DNA from: Candidatus Kaiserbacteria bacterium
GTDB lineage: Bacteria > Patescibacteriota > Minisyncoccia > Phycocordibacterales > Phycocordibacteraceae
DNA: 41,290 nucleotides
NCBI GenBank assembly: GCA_029288865.1
Contig: JARIGM010000021.1
Span: forward strand, 1 to 41,290
Direction of reading: 5' to 3'
In this document: positions 27,201-36,982 of the stretch, in pieces
Numbering within the stretch: position 1 is the stretch's first letter
Layout: every line of letters begins with the position of its first letter
Position numbers and translations under genes: made by a program
The notes under the pieces: generated by a model
What the model saw: the letters and a program-made list of their open reading frames with translations, nothing else
Database searches by the model: none
Told to the model about the DNA's origin: nothing

Positions 27201-28922
27201 TTACATCTTCTCCGGAACCGGGATGCCGAGGAACGAGAGACCATTCGTCATTATCTCGACAAAGGCGCGAGCGAGCGCGAGTTTGTATGCCTCATGCGTG
27301 CCGCCGATGATACGTTCTTGCGCGTAAAAAGAGTTCCACTCGGCTGCAAGCTGGGTGAGGTACGTGACGAGGTGGTTCGGCGCCTTCTCTTCCGCGGCGC
27401 GAGCCACCACGCTTGGGAAACGCACAAGCATCCGCTCGAGCGCGTAGCATTCGGTCGGCAGGCTTTCATCTGAAGACTCGGGAGCGTTCGCAAGAATAGA
27501 TTTCGCGCGGACTGTTGCGTATTGCAGATACGGACCGGAATCCCCTTCCAAGGAAAGAGACTGCTCGGGATCGAAAATGATATTGGAACCAGGCGCTGCG
27601 CGGAGGATCATGTATTTAATCGCGGCAACAGCAACTTGCTCGGCTACGATCGGGTCGTCGTTTTTCTGTCGTGCAGCTTCAATAATCTCAGAGATAAGGC
27701 CAGCTGCAGTCACAACATTCCCTGCACGCGATGACATCTTCCCCGTCGTGAGCTGCAAGAGACCGTGCGGCACATGATGCGTCTTTTGCGCGACGAGCGG
27801 TGCAATATCTTCGAGTGCACCGAGAAATACTTTGAAATGCCCCACTTGTTCGGAGCCGGTGAGAATATATGACTCATCATTCGGCATGCGCTCTTCCTTT
27901 AGGAATGCGAGGCCAATGTCTTTTGTTTCATACGTCGGCGTGCCGCGCGAGGTAATGAACACGAGTGTATGCAAGCCCTTCTTCTCGCCACGATAGATGA
28001 TCGCACCTTCGCTTTCTTCAAATACTCCCTTCTCTACGCCATCACGCACAACGCGCATGCCGATCGGCGTGGTCTCGCTTTCAAAGATAAAGTAATCAAA
28101 TTTCGTGCCCACGACCTTATAGATATCGCGGAACGCTTCGAGCGCGAGCTCGCGACCAATGCGCCAGATCTCCAGGAGGTTCTGCTCTTCGGGCGTCAGG
28201 GTTTCAGCCGCTGTCTCGCCTTTTTCAACTGCTGCATACAGCGAAACATTCAATGCGTCGATTTCCGCTTTCGCTTTTTCGCTTTCTTCGTATGAACGCG
28301 ATCCGTGCTCATACGCAGCGCCAATATCTTTCGCGCTCGATGGCTGCACGTCTCCTTTCTGCTGCAATGCCCAGATAGCCTTCGCGACATGCGGCCCGAT
28401 ATCGCCGCCATACGAATCGCGGAGGACCGTTGCGCCCGATGATTCGAATAGACGTGCGATCGCCTCACCCACTATGGTGCTCATGAGGTGGCCGATATGC
28501 ATTTCCTTGAAGGGATTCGGACACGAGTACTCCACGACGACGCGCTTCCCTTCTTTCGCATTCCCTGCGCCATATGCAGCGCCAAGTGCGACCGCCTCGC
28601 GAACCTGTTCGGCGAGATACTCACGAGAGAGTGTGAGGTTTATAAATCCTGGGCCAGCGACTTCTACTTTCTCGATCTCATAACCAAGCTTTTCTTGCAG
28701 GCGAGACGCGAGTTCGCTCGCGAGTTCACGCGGATTCTTGCCGAGTGTCTTTGCCGCGACGAGCGCTGCATTCACCGCGTAGTCTCCATGCGCGAGTTCA
28801 GTCGGCCATTCAACGACAAAAGATACTTCCCCAGCTCCAAGCTCGGAAAGCGCTTCTTGCGTAGCAGTGCGAATCTTTTCCTCCATTGATTCGAGTGTAA
28901 CAGACGTATCGGAAACAGCCAT
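27201..28922 (-). CDS. argS: Arginine--tRNA ligase
   Basis: HGDYA.N.A, VAGPGFIN, EYSCPNPFKEMHIGH, KMSSRAG, GPYLQYA. Confidence 0.96.
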   Translation of the reverse strand: MAVSDTSVTLESMEEKIRTATQEALSELGAGEVSFVVEWPTELAHGDYAVNAALVAAKTLGKNPRELASELASRLQEKLGYEIEKVEVAGPGFINLTLSREYLAEQVREAVALGAAYGAGNAKEGKRVVVEYSCPNPFKEMHIGHLMSTIVGEAIARLFESSGATVLRDSYGGDIGPHVAKAIWALQQKGDVQPSSAKDIGAAYEHGSRSYEESEKAKAEIDALNVSLYAAVEKGETAAETLTPEEQNLLEIWRIGRELALEAFRDIYKVVGTKFDYFIFESETTPIGMRVVRDGVEKGVFEESEGAIIYRGEKKGLHTLVFITSRGTPTYETKDIGLAFLKEERMPNDESYILTGSEQVGHFKVFLGALEDIAPLVAQKTHHVPHGLLQLTTGKMSSRAGNVVTAAGLISEIIEAARQKNDDPIVAEQVAVAAIKYMILRAAPGSNIIFDPEQSLSLEGDSGPYLQYATVRAKSILANAPESSDESLPTECYALERMLVRFPSVVARAAEEKAPNHLVTYLTQLAAEWNSFYAQERIIGGTHEAYKLALARAFVEIMTNGLSFLGIPVPEKM

Positions 28923-29072
28923 AAGGCGACTTATTCACGGCCTAGTTGTAAAAATCGTTCAAGCACATACTTGCGTAAGCACATTGAAGGTAAGCCGTGA
29001 ATAACTTGCTTCATGGAGGAGCCCGTTACGTAGCTATATAATAGCACGCACTTATTTTCGCGTCAAGACCGA

Positions 29073-30356
29073 CTACACGAACGTCTCGGGAACAGGATGC
29101 GAGACAGCAAGCTCGTGAATTGCAGCACGTGCGTTTGAAACAGTCGCATCATCGCGTTTCGTGAGGATCTCCACCATGAGCTCTGCGACCTGCGCGCAGT
29201 CTGTTTCATTGAAGCCGCGTGTGGTAATTGCTGGCGTACCGAAACGAATGCCCGATGGATCCATCGGCTTACGCGTATCGTCTGCGATCGCATTCTTGTT
29301 GAGCGTGATGCCTGCCTGATCAAGCAGCTTTTCCGCTTCCCCACCGGAGATGCCGAGCGATCCGAACACGTCCGCAAGGATCAAGTGATTATCCGTACCG
29401 CCCGTGATCATACGTACGTTATGCGTCTTAAATACTTCTGCCATCGCTGCAGTATTCTTCACGATCTGATGCGCGTACGTCTTGAATGATGGCTGCAGCG
29501 CTTCGCGGAATGCGATCGCCTTCGCAGCGATCTGGTGCATATGCGGACCGCCCTGGAGGCCCGGGAATACGGCCTTATCAATCTTCTTTGCGATCTCTTC
29601 TGCACGTGCCTGATCTCCACCGCCAGTCGTGAGAATCATGCCGCCACGCGGACCGCGAAGCGTCTTGTGCGTGGTTGTCGTAAGTACATCGAATCCGTAA
29701 TCAAACGGATTCTTTGCGGCACCGCCCGCAATGAGTCCGGCGATATGCGCCACGTCAGCCACCGCGTACGCGCCCACCTCCTTTGCGATATCAGAAATCT
29801 TCTGCCAATCCAGTTCGCGCGGATATGCAGAGAATCCTGCAAGAATTACTTTCGGCTTTTCGGTGAGTGCGGTCTGACGAAGCGCCTCATAATCAATTTC
29901 CCCTGTCTCGACATTCTTCATGCCGTAGCGAACGAACCGAAACACTTTTGAAATGTACGTGACGGGGTGGCCGTGCGTGAGATGCCCTCCATGCGAGAGA
30001 TCCATGCCAAGGATCGTGTCTCCCGGCTCCATGAGTGCCATGTACGCTGCGATGTTCGCATTCGCGCCGCCGAGTGGCTGCACGTTCGCATATGCTGCAC
30101 CGAAGAGTTGCTTTGCACGCTCGATTGCGATCGTTTCTACCTGATCAGTGAACTCTTGGCCGCCATAGTAGCGCTTGCCTGGGTACCCTTCCGAATACTT
30201 GTTCGTGAGCACGGAAGACATTGCTTCGCGCACAGCAAGCGATACATAATTTTCAGAGGGGATAAGCTCGATGCCTTCACGTTCACGCTTCTCTTCGCCT
30301 TCGATCGCGGCGTATACGTCAGGGTCTTCGTTTTTGATGTGAGAATAGAAATCCAT
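29073..30356 (-). CDS. glyA: Serine hydroxymethyltransferase
   Basis: ELIPSEN, NKYSEGYPGKRYYGG, GGHLTHG, TTTTHKTLRGPRGG, SGIRFGTPA. Confidence 0.98.
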   Translation of the reverse strand: MDFYSHIKNEDPDVYAAIEGEEKREREGIELIPSENYVSLAVREAMSSVLTNKYSEGYPGKRYYGGQEFTDQVETIAIERAKQLFGAAYANVQPLGGANANIAAYMALMEPGDTILGMDLSHGGHLTHGHPVTYISKVFRFVRYGMKNVETGEIDYEALRQTALTEKPKVILAGFSAYPRELDWQKISDIAKEVGAYAVADVAHIAGLIAGGAAKNPFDYGFDVLTTTTHKTLRGPRGGMILTTGGGDQARAEEIAKKIDKAVFPGLQGGPHMHQIAAKAIAFREALQPSFKTYAHQIVKNTAAMAEVFKTHNVRMITGGTDNHLILADVFGSLGISGGEAEKLLDQAGITLNKNAIADDTRKPMDPSGIRFGTPAITTRGFNETDCAQVAELMVEILTKRDDATVSNARAAIHELAVSHPVPETFV

Positions 30357-30438
30357 AGTAGTGGAGTTAGCTGAATAAATCGGATGTCGGATTTCTTATC
30401 TCATAAGCCTCGTTGGTACTATCGTATCACGATCCAAT

Positions 30439-30861
30439 TTATTGGTTACCCACTTCCAAAAACGCTCTTATCAAGGCACGTGCTGCCTCGGGCTGGTCAT
30501 ACTCTCTCACGAAAAAGAAGGGGTTCCCCGCAATCATCGCTGACAGGCTCTTTCCTTCAATTTTTCTAAACAAACAGAGTGTCGGCTTATTCATTGCTTC
30601 TGCCTGACCTAGTTCATAGCCCACTCCAAGACTAGGTTGGGTTACTTCTGCAACTATCACATCCGCCTCACGAACCCAATCCATATCTCTTTTAAAAATA
30701 TCTTCTTCCTCGATATCTTTATCTCCCTGGTCGGTCAATGACTCATGCCCAAAATGTTCGGTCAGCACCTCACCAAATTCTTTCAAAATTTGAATCAACG
30801 AAAAATATATTTCCCGATCATCTCTTCCTCCGCGTATGGAGCCAGCAAAATATATCTTCAT
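30439..30861 (-). CDS. Nucleoside 2-deoxyribosyltransferase / DNPH1(RCL)-like 2'-deoxynucleotide N-hydrolase
   Basis: KIYFAGSIRGGR, VLTEH, ADVIVAEVTQPSLGVGYELG, LSAMIAG; ATGA overlap with the tmk stop. Confidence 0.9.
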   Translation of the reverse strand: MKIYFAGSIRGGRDDREIYFSLIQILKEFGEVLTEHFGHESLTDQGDKDIEEEDIFKRDMDWVREADVIVAEVTQPSLGVGYELGQAEAMNKPTLCLFRKIEGKSLSAMIAGNPFFFVREYDQPEAARALIRAFLEVGNQ

Positions 30862-31547
30862 ATCAGACCTCCCATTATCTTCGCCACTTCTGCATGGATA
30901 TCTTCTCGGGTGCGCATGCCTCCCGCACCATCGGCACAATCAATGATGTGCCAATTGGGCTGGTGCGCAGCCAGCCAGTTCGCAGTCTCATGGCTTCGCT
31001 CAAGATAGGTGCGATCTTCTTCGACTGTATCCTTCTGCCCGTCTGCAAGACCTTGGATTTTTGCTGCGCGCTTTTCAGTGAGAAGCTTTAAGCTGATCTC
31101 AAGCGGCACCTTCAAATAGATAATTGAATCTGGTCGTGGAATACCGAGCACTTCATGCTCCATTCGATCGAGCCACTGTATGAAATCTTCGCGTTCTGCC
31201 TCGTCGCTAATCTTTCCTCCTTGATGAATCTGGTTCGAACTTGCGAATCGATCGGCAATCACCACCTTCCCTTCTGCAAGCGCTGCCTTGATGCGAGGCG
31301 TTGATTCGAGCCGATCGAGCGCGTAAAGGCTCGATGCGATCTTTGGATCAAGATGTACGAAATCGCCATGCTGACCCATCAGGCATTCACCGATAAAGCC
31401 ACCGAAGAAGTTTCGATCATATGAGGGGAAATCAAACTTCTCGTGCGAGATGCCGCGCTTCGCCAAGAATTCCCCAAGCAGCGCCGTCTGGGTTGCTTTT
31501 CCCGAGCCGTCATTCCCATCCAAAACCACGAAAATTCCCTTTTGCAT
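30858..31547 (-). CDS. tmk: Thymidylate kinase
   Basis: FVVLDGNDGSGKATQ P-loop, LYALDR, IADRF..SN..HQG. Confidence 0.92.
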   Translation of the reverse strand: MQKGIFVVLDGNDGSGKATQTALLGEFLAKRGISHEKFDFPSYDRNFFGGFIGECLMGQHGDFVHLDPKIASSLYALDRLESTPRIKAALAEGKVVIADRFASSNQIHQGGKISDEAEREDFIQWLDRMEHEVLGIPRPDSIIYLKVPLEISLKLLTEKRAAKIQGLADGQKDTVEEDRTYLERSHETANWLAAHQPNWHIIDCADGAGGMRTREDIHAEVAKIMGGLI

Positions 31548-31553
31548 GTATCT

Positions 31554-31561
31554 AGTATACT
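31554..31561. promoter_or_regulatory. Palindromic bidirectional -10 element AGTATACT
   Basis: TATACT on both strands, each exactly 6 nt from the ATG of tmk (31547) and of thyA (31568). Confidence 0.65.
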
Positions 31562-31567
31562 GGAGAC

Positions 31568-32398
31568 ATGGAAAAAGCTTACTTGGACGCGCTCCAAAAC
31601 ATAATGACCAATGGTATCGATCGAACAGGCCGAAACGGCGATACTCGTGCTTTATTCGCGCTGCAAATACGCTGCAATCTTCAAGACGGCTTCCCTGCCC
31701 TTACCACTAAGAAGCTTGCATTTAAGGCGGTGAAGAGCGAACTGCTCTGGTTCCTCGAAGGATCAAACGATGACAATCGTCTCAAGGAACTGAACGGCAC
31801 GGATACGACCATCTGGACCGCGAATGCAGAATCGGATTATTGGAAACCAAAAGCGAAATTCCCTGGAGACCTTGGCCGCATCTATGGCGTGCAATGGCGC
31901 AAGTGGCAGAAACCGAATGGCGAGACCGTCGACCAGATCGCACGCGTCGTAGACAAGATCAAGAACGATCCAAACGATCGTCGCCTTATCGTGACTGCCT
32001 GGAATCCGGGAGAGATCGAAGATATGGCGCTTCCTCCGTGTCATATGTTCTTCCAATTCTTCGTCGCAGGAGATAAGCTCTCGCTTCACATGGTGCAGCG
32101 CTCGTGTGACATGTTCCTCGGCGTACCGTTCAATATTGCATCATATGCGCTCCTCCTCTCAATGGTCGCGCAAGTTACTGGCAAGATCCCGCACGAACTC
32201 GTCATGAGCTTGAACGATGCACACATCTATCACGATCATTTCGATGCGGTGAAGGAGCAGCTTGAGCGCGAGCCGCTTCCTTTCCCGAAGCTCTGGCTTA
32301 ATCCTGAAGTCACTGACATCGACAAATTCACCATGGATGACATCAAATTGGAGGGCTATGAGTCGCACCCTCCCATAAAAGCAGCAATGGCCGTATAA
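31568..32398 (+). CDS. thyA: Thymidylate synthase
   Basis: [42 protein letters not shown]. Confidence 0.98.
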   Translation: MEKAYLDALQNIMTNGIDRTGRNGDTRALFALQIRCNLQDGFPALTTKKLAFKAVKSELLWFLEGSNDDNRLKELNGTDTTIWTANAESDYWKPKAKFPGDLGRIYGVQWRKWQKPNGETVDQIARVVDKIKNDPNDRRLIVTAWNPGEIEDMALPPCHMFFQFFVAGDKLSLHMVQRSCDMFLGVPFNIASYALLLSMVAQVTGKIPHELVMSLNDAHIYHDHFDAVKEQLEREPLPFPKLWLNPEVTDIDKFTMDDIKLEGYESHPPIKAAMAV

Positions 32399-32419
32399 TT
32401 TGGGTCTAATCATCTACAC

Positions 32420-33121
32420 ATGGCACTCTCAGACAAACGCATCAAAGAACACATGAAAGCGGGCACGATCGTTATCGACCCGTTCATTCCAGAAAACCTC
32501 GCGACCTCAAGCTACGACGTTACCCTTGGCGAATGGTATTTCCGTGAACAACAGCCGAAGGAATACAAGAATATCTATAATATATACAGCAAGAAGGACA
32601 CTGAGCTCATCTGGGGCACCGAGCCGCTTCGCGCTGAACGCGCGAAAGAAGCACTCGCCCACTTCAACTTCTCATTCGACGGGATCCGTGAAGACGACAA
32701 GGTCATCTTGCTCAAGCCAGGAGAGACGATTCTCGCCCACACCAATGAATACATCGGTGGACGCGACTCTGTCACGACCATGATGAAAGCTCGCTCTTCG
32801 ATGGGTCGTGATTTCATAAACGTATGTAAGTGCGCTGGTTGGGGTGATGTCGGGTACGTGAACCGCTGGACCATGGAGATCAGCAATAGTTCCCAGCACT
32901 ACATCATTCCGCTCGTTGTTGGCCGTCGTATCGCGCAACTCGTGTTTTTCGAGACCGGACCAATCGAAGCCGGAGACTACAGCTCAACTGGCAAGTACTC
33001 GTCCTCAACGGACCTCAAGCAACTCAAAAAGGATTGGAAGCCTGAACTCATGCTTCCAAAGCTCTGGGCAGATCGCGACATTAAGAAAGTACAGCCATGG
33101 CACAAGAAGGCACAAAAATAA
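32420..33121 (+). CDS. dcd: dCTP deaminase
   Basis: LSDKRI...IDPF, SYDVTLG, ARSSMGR, GDVGY..RWTMEI.N, RIAQLVF. Confidence 0.88.
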   Translation: MALSDKRIKEHMKAGTIVIDPFIPENLATSSYDVTLGEWYFREQQPKEYKNIYNIYSKKDTELIWGTEPLRAERAKEALAHFNFSFDGIREDDKVILLKPGETILAHTNEYIGGRDSVTTMMKARSSMGRDFINVCKCAGWGDVGYVNRWTMEISNSSQHYIIPLVVGRRIAQLVFFETGPIEAGDYSSTGKYSSSTDLKQLKKDWKPELMLPKLWADRDIKKVQPWHKKAQK

Positions 33122-33615
33122 GCCTCATTGCAGGCATCGGGCGAAATCGCGAGCTCGGCAAGAGCAACGAACTCCTCTGGCGTGTTCCTGACGACCTCAA
33201 GCGCTTTAAGATGCTTACGACCGGTCATCCGGTCATTATGGGCCGCAAGACCTTCGAATCCATCCTTCATTCCCCGCTCGGCAAACCGCTTCCGGATCGC
33301 ACGAACATTGTCGTGACTCACGACCCGGACTACGCCGCACCCGAAGGCGTGATCGTAACCACGACATTTCCTGAAGCGCTCTCATATGCCAAAGATGCAC
33401 CAGGAGCCGACGAAATATTTGTGATTGGCGGTGGGCAGATTTACGAAGCAGCGATTCCTTTTGCAGACCGTCTCAACCTTACTCTTTTCGATGCAACGGC
33501 AGATTCTGCAGACGCCCTCTTTCCACCATACGATAATCAATTCACCCGTGAGATATTTCGTGAGGAACGCGAACACGACGGCCTCAAGTACACATGGGTT
33601 GACCTTGAACGCTAA
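33097..33615 (+). CDS. folA: Dihydrofolate reductase
   Basis: LLWRVPDDLKRFK, VIMGRKTFESI, PLPDRTNIVVT, VIGGGQIY. Confidence 0.97.
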   Translation: MAQEGTKISLIAGIGRNRELGKSNELLWRVPDDLKRFKMLTTGHPVIMGRKTFESILHSPLGKPLPDRTNIVVTHDPDYAAPEGVIVTTTFPEALSYAKDAPGADEIFVIGGGQIYEAAIPFADRLNLTLFDATADSADALFPPYDNQFTREIFREEREHDGLKYTWVDLER

Positions 33616-33711
33616 CAATGTGCAGTAATTTATCCTCTTCGGCTGCTTGCGTACCACCTGCGCAGAGCTATAGTGTCGACAGGTGAAACAATTTCACCTA
33701 TGGAGGCGACA

Positions 33712-33990
33712 ATGGGCGTAAAGAGGGTACATTTCGAAAAACCAGTAGACGGGAGAGGCCCAGGACACATCGTTCTTTTCAGCCGCAATGGGAACATCTC
33801 GCGTGACGCCGTGCGGTCTATCGAAGAGATTGATACCTTGCTCTCGGTTCTTATCACCATGGGCGAAATAAGGTTTAGCAGGAAGAAAACCATCATTAGA
33901 CAAGCAAATGATATTTCGTTCCCCGCAACCTATGGCGACATGCTAGTCAGAAACATTCCGGAAAGACGACCGCTCGTCCTTTCCGCATAA
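33712..33990 (+). CDS. Hypothetical protein (92 aa)
   Basis: GGAGG Shine-Dalgarno before the ATG at 33712; no recognised motif. Confidence 0.5.
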   Translation: MGVKRVHFEKPVDGRGPGHIVLFSRNGNISRDAVRSIEEIDTLLSVLITMGEIRFSRKKTIIRQANDISFPATYGDMLVRNIPERRPLVLSA

Positions 33991-34048
33991 TACTGAAAAG
34001 GCCACGCTCACGCGCGGCCTTATTCTTTTTAGGAGATTTATTCTAGTG

Positions 34049-34468
34049 TTACTTTACCTCAACTCCCATCGAGCGGGCTGCACCTTCAACCATGCTCATC
34101 GCTGCTTCGATCGATCCAGCATTCATGTCTGGCATCTTCTCTTCAGCGATTGCGCGAACCTGGTCCTTAGTGAGAGTTCCTACTTTCTTGGAAGGAGCCT
34201 TACCTGAACCCTTTTCCTGGTTGATAGCCTTGAGAATGAGGCGAGGGGTTGGAGGAGTCTTGAGGACGAACGTGAAAGTTCGGTCATCATAGACAGTCAT
34301 GTCCACTGGGATAATAGAACCCATCTTGTCGCGAGTTGCCTCGTTGAACTTGTTTACGAAGTCAGCGATGTTAACGCCCGCAGGACCAAGAACGGTACCG
34401 ATTGGAGGTGCCGGAGTCGCCTTCCCTGCTGGGATTTGGAGCTTGATTTTCTTTACTGGTTTTGCCAT
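34049..34468 (-). CDS. rplK: 50S ribosomal protein L11
   Basis: [43 protein letters not shown]. Confidence 0.98.
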   Translation of the reverse strand: MAKPVKKIKLQIPAGKATPAPPIGTVLGPAGVNIADFVNKFNEATRDKMGSIIPVDMTVYDDRTFTFVLKTPPTPRLILKAINQEKGSGKAPSKKVGTLTKDQVRAIAEEKMPDMNAGSIEAAMSMVEGAARSMGVEVK

Positions 34469-34517
34469 AGGTAGGAAGACTATAGCCCAGATACGCGGCA
34501 TCTGCAAGTTCGGCTCC

Positions 34518-35101
34518 TCACCAGCCGTTTGCCGGGGACTTTGCATTACATACGAGCGCGCCAGGAGACCAGACGCCGATGGCGAAAGACGGCATATTCG
34601 GGCCTGGCCGGCATGGATCGACCATATTCATGGTCTTGAACTGCGAATCGGCATACTGGGCCGTCTGACAGTTGAAATCCATGATCTTATAGTCTTTCCC
34701 GTCTGATTTATACATATAGCAGCACGAGCCACGCACACCGTTATTGATCTTGGAAATATCCATTTCTGGATCGTGCGGAATTGTGGGGAGATACGTAGGA
34801 ACCAGGCCAGGAATGACCTCCTCGGCAGGCAAACTGCCGCCAGGGTATCCAGCCGCAAGCGGACATTCCGAATTCCAGTACGTGCCCGATCCGGCACTCA
34901 TCGGGTACACGCCATTATTACTCGCCGCGTATGAACCGAGCGCCTTCTGCATGATGCGCAGGTCACTGATGCGGCGAAGTCGGTTTGCATGCGGATATGC
35001 TTTCGTGAACATGGCGTACGACAGAGTCGCCAGTATGGCGAGAATCGCTATCGTGATGAGTATCTCGATCAAGGTAAAACACGCAGCGTTTTCATATTCA
35101 T
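34518..35101 (-). pseudogene. Type IV pilin / GspG-like gene with a 1-nt frameshift at the prepilin cleavage site
   Basis: ATG AAT ATG AAA ACG CTG CGT GTT TTA CCT TGA. Adding one base (CGT GGT TTT ACC TTG ATC GAG) restores MKTLRG|FTLIEILITIAILAILA joined to the 184-aa ORF. Confidence 0.7.
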
Positions 35102-35193
35102 ATGAGATGCATAACTGATATGCATCCTATGAAAGCGCAAAGCGAATGATATTTCCCTCAAAAAATTCTCAAATCTTCCTGAAGATAAAGACA

Positions 35194-35261
35194 AAAGAAA
35201 ACACCGCATGGAGGCCGTCCCGAACGGGTTGGTTCAGGCCTCCATGCGGTGTTTTCTTTTG
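35194..35261. terminator. Long hairpin terminator after nusG
   Basis: aaagaaaacaccgcatggaggcc ... ggcctccatgcggtgttttcttt. Confidence 0.7.
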
Positions 35262-35263
35262 TT

Positions 35264-35833
35264 TTAGAGTTTGCGAACCTGGAGAAAATCGAGCTCAACC
35301 GGCGTTTCGCGGCCGAACATAGCCACGAGAACCTTTACCTTGCCACGCTCTTCATCGATTTCGCCTACCTTACCTTCAAGATCCTTGAACGGACCATCAG
35401 CGATGATAACGAGGTCATCCTTACCAAGATCGATGCGGTGCTTCGGAGCTTCCGCGCCCATGCGCTTCATGAGCGTCTCGACTTCTTTCTCTTCCATCGG
35501 TACTGGAGTGACGCCTGATCCGACGAATCCGGTCACGCGAGGAGTGTTGCGGACGACGAACCACGAGTCTTCATCCACGATCATGCGCACGAGGATGTAG
35601 CCCGGGTAGATCTTCTCTTCCTCGACGACACGCTTACCGCCCTTCACGCGAATCTTCTTTTCAGTCGGGACTACCACTTCGAAGATCTTGTTCTCCATGC
35701 CGAGCGACTCGATGCGCTGCTTGAGATTACGCTCAACAGCGTTCTCGTATCCAGCGTATGTGTGGATGGTGTACCAACGCGGGTTCTTGTCGAGCGCGTC
35801 GTCGTTAAACTGTGGTGCTGAGGACATTTCCAT
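35264..35833 (-). CDS. nusG: Transcription termination/antitermination factor NusG
   Basis: WYTIHTYAGYE, KIYPGYILV, VRNTPRVTGFVG, KOW DGPFKD, FGRETPVELDF. Confidence 0.98.
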   Translation of the reverse strand: MEMSSAPQFNDDALDKNPRWYTIHTYAGYENAVERNLKQRIESLGMENKIFEVVVPTEKKIRVKGGKRVVEEEKIYPGYILVRMIVDEDSWFVVRNTPRVTGFVGSGVTPVPMEEKEVETLMKRMGAEAPKHRIDLGKDDLVIIADGPFKDLEGKVGEIDEERGKVKVLVAMFGRETPVELDFLQVRKL

Positions 35834-35843
35834 AGTTCGAGAG

Positions 35844-36038
35844 TTAGAAGTTGTAATGGGAAACGACGTAGTTCACGCCTGTCGTGAATACGTAATCGAG
35901 GCCGGCAATGAGGAGGGCGGTGATTGCAGAGATGAGCACGACTAATACCACGTCAGTGATGGCGCGGTGCTGGCTCGGCCAGACAATGTGCGTGAATTCG
36001 GCGCGTACTCCTTGGAAATAGCTGATGAGTGCTTTCAT
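35844..36038 (-). CDS. secE: Preprotein translocase SecE
   Basis: YFQGVRAEFTHIVWPS plus one TM with a conserved D; upstream of nusG. Confidence 0.93.
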   Translation of the reverse strand: MKALISYFQGVRAEFTHIVWPSQHRAITDVVLVVLISAITALLIAGLDYVFTTGVNYVVSHYNF

Positions 36039-36141
36039 AGCGTATGGCTTATCGATAATGCTCCCAATTTAAAAAGGCCCGCAGGCCTTTTTAGATGTAG
36101 CATTATGATACTACCCGCACAGGAGGGTGTCAAACCCGTTT

Positions 36142-36942
36142 TTAGTGGATTTCGTACGTTACCGACACAGTATCGGTGTACTCGTTCTGCCCTACCGGAA
36201 CCGTCGCATGTTCAGGAGCAACCGCATCGGCAGTCGCGCCCATAGACATGGTCTTGTAATACGGCTGAGGACCATTTCCGCCATCACTGAAGGTCACGAC
36301 CTTGCCAAGATGGACGCCGAGCTGCTGCGCAAGCACTTTCGCGTCAGCCTGGGCCTTCGTGATCGCCTGCTGGCGCGCCTGCTGCATCACCTTCTGAGTA
36401 TCGTCCACGACGAAATCAGGACCTGAGATGTTTGAGACATTCGCCTTTCCGAGGCCACTGAGTACATCTGCTACTTTAGCGGTGTCATGAATCTTGATCG
36501 TAACCGTTTCAGAGACGTCATACCCAGAAGTCTTCGTGCCGTAGTTCGGACAAAGGAGACCAGGACCGCACGATGACGAGACGTAATGAGGAGACACGTT
36601 GTAGGAGCTCGTCGTCACATCCTTGTCTTCGATTCCTGCTGACTTCACGCTTGCGAGCGCTGCATTTACCGTGTCAGTCATCGTTTTCTGTGCAGTCGCA
36701 ACATCGGCTGCAGTTGCAGACGCAGTGAAAGAGATCGTCGCAGTGTCAGGGATTGCAGTCGCTGTGCCGGTACCACTCACCGTGATAGTATCTGGACCAT
36801 TTGAGTCTGGCTGACCCCAATTATGTAAACCGTCGATCGTGGCGACAAGCAAGAACACCGCAAGCATCGAGAGCGCTGCAGCAGCTGCGAGACGCACCGG
36901 GCGGCTTGCCTTCACTATAGTTTCTTTCCAAGATTCATTCAT
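36142..36942 (-). CDS. SIMPL (DUF541) domain protein
   Basis: TITVSGTG....PDTA, DVTTSSYNVSPHY, ARQQAI..A...A..LA..LG..LG, V.V.YEI. Confidence 0.9.
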   Translation of the reverse strand: MNESWKETIVKASRPVRLAAAAALSMLAVFLLVATIDGLHNWGQPDSNGPDTITVSGTGTATAIPDTATISFTASATAADVATAQKTMTDTVNAALASVKSAGIEDKDVTTSSYNVSPHYVSSSCGPGLLCPNYGTKTSGYDVSETVTIKIHDTAKVADVLSGLGKANVSNISGPDFVVDDTQKVMQQARQQAITKAQADAKVLAQQLGVHLGKVVTFSDGGNGPQPYYKTMSMGATADAVAPEHATVPVGQNEYTDTVSVTYEIH

Positions 36943-36982
36943 ACGAGCAGATTATGGTTAATTTCGTTAAGTGTAACACTTT

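Noticed and set aside
30357-30438. THF or ZTP riboswitch upstream of glyA
   Set aside because: The intergenic region is short and lacks the consensus motifs I recall for either class.
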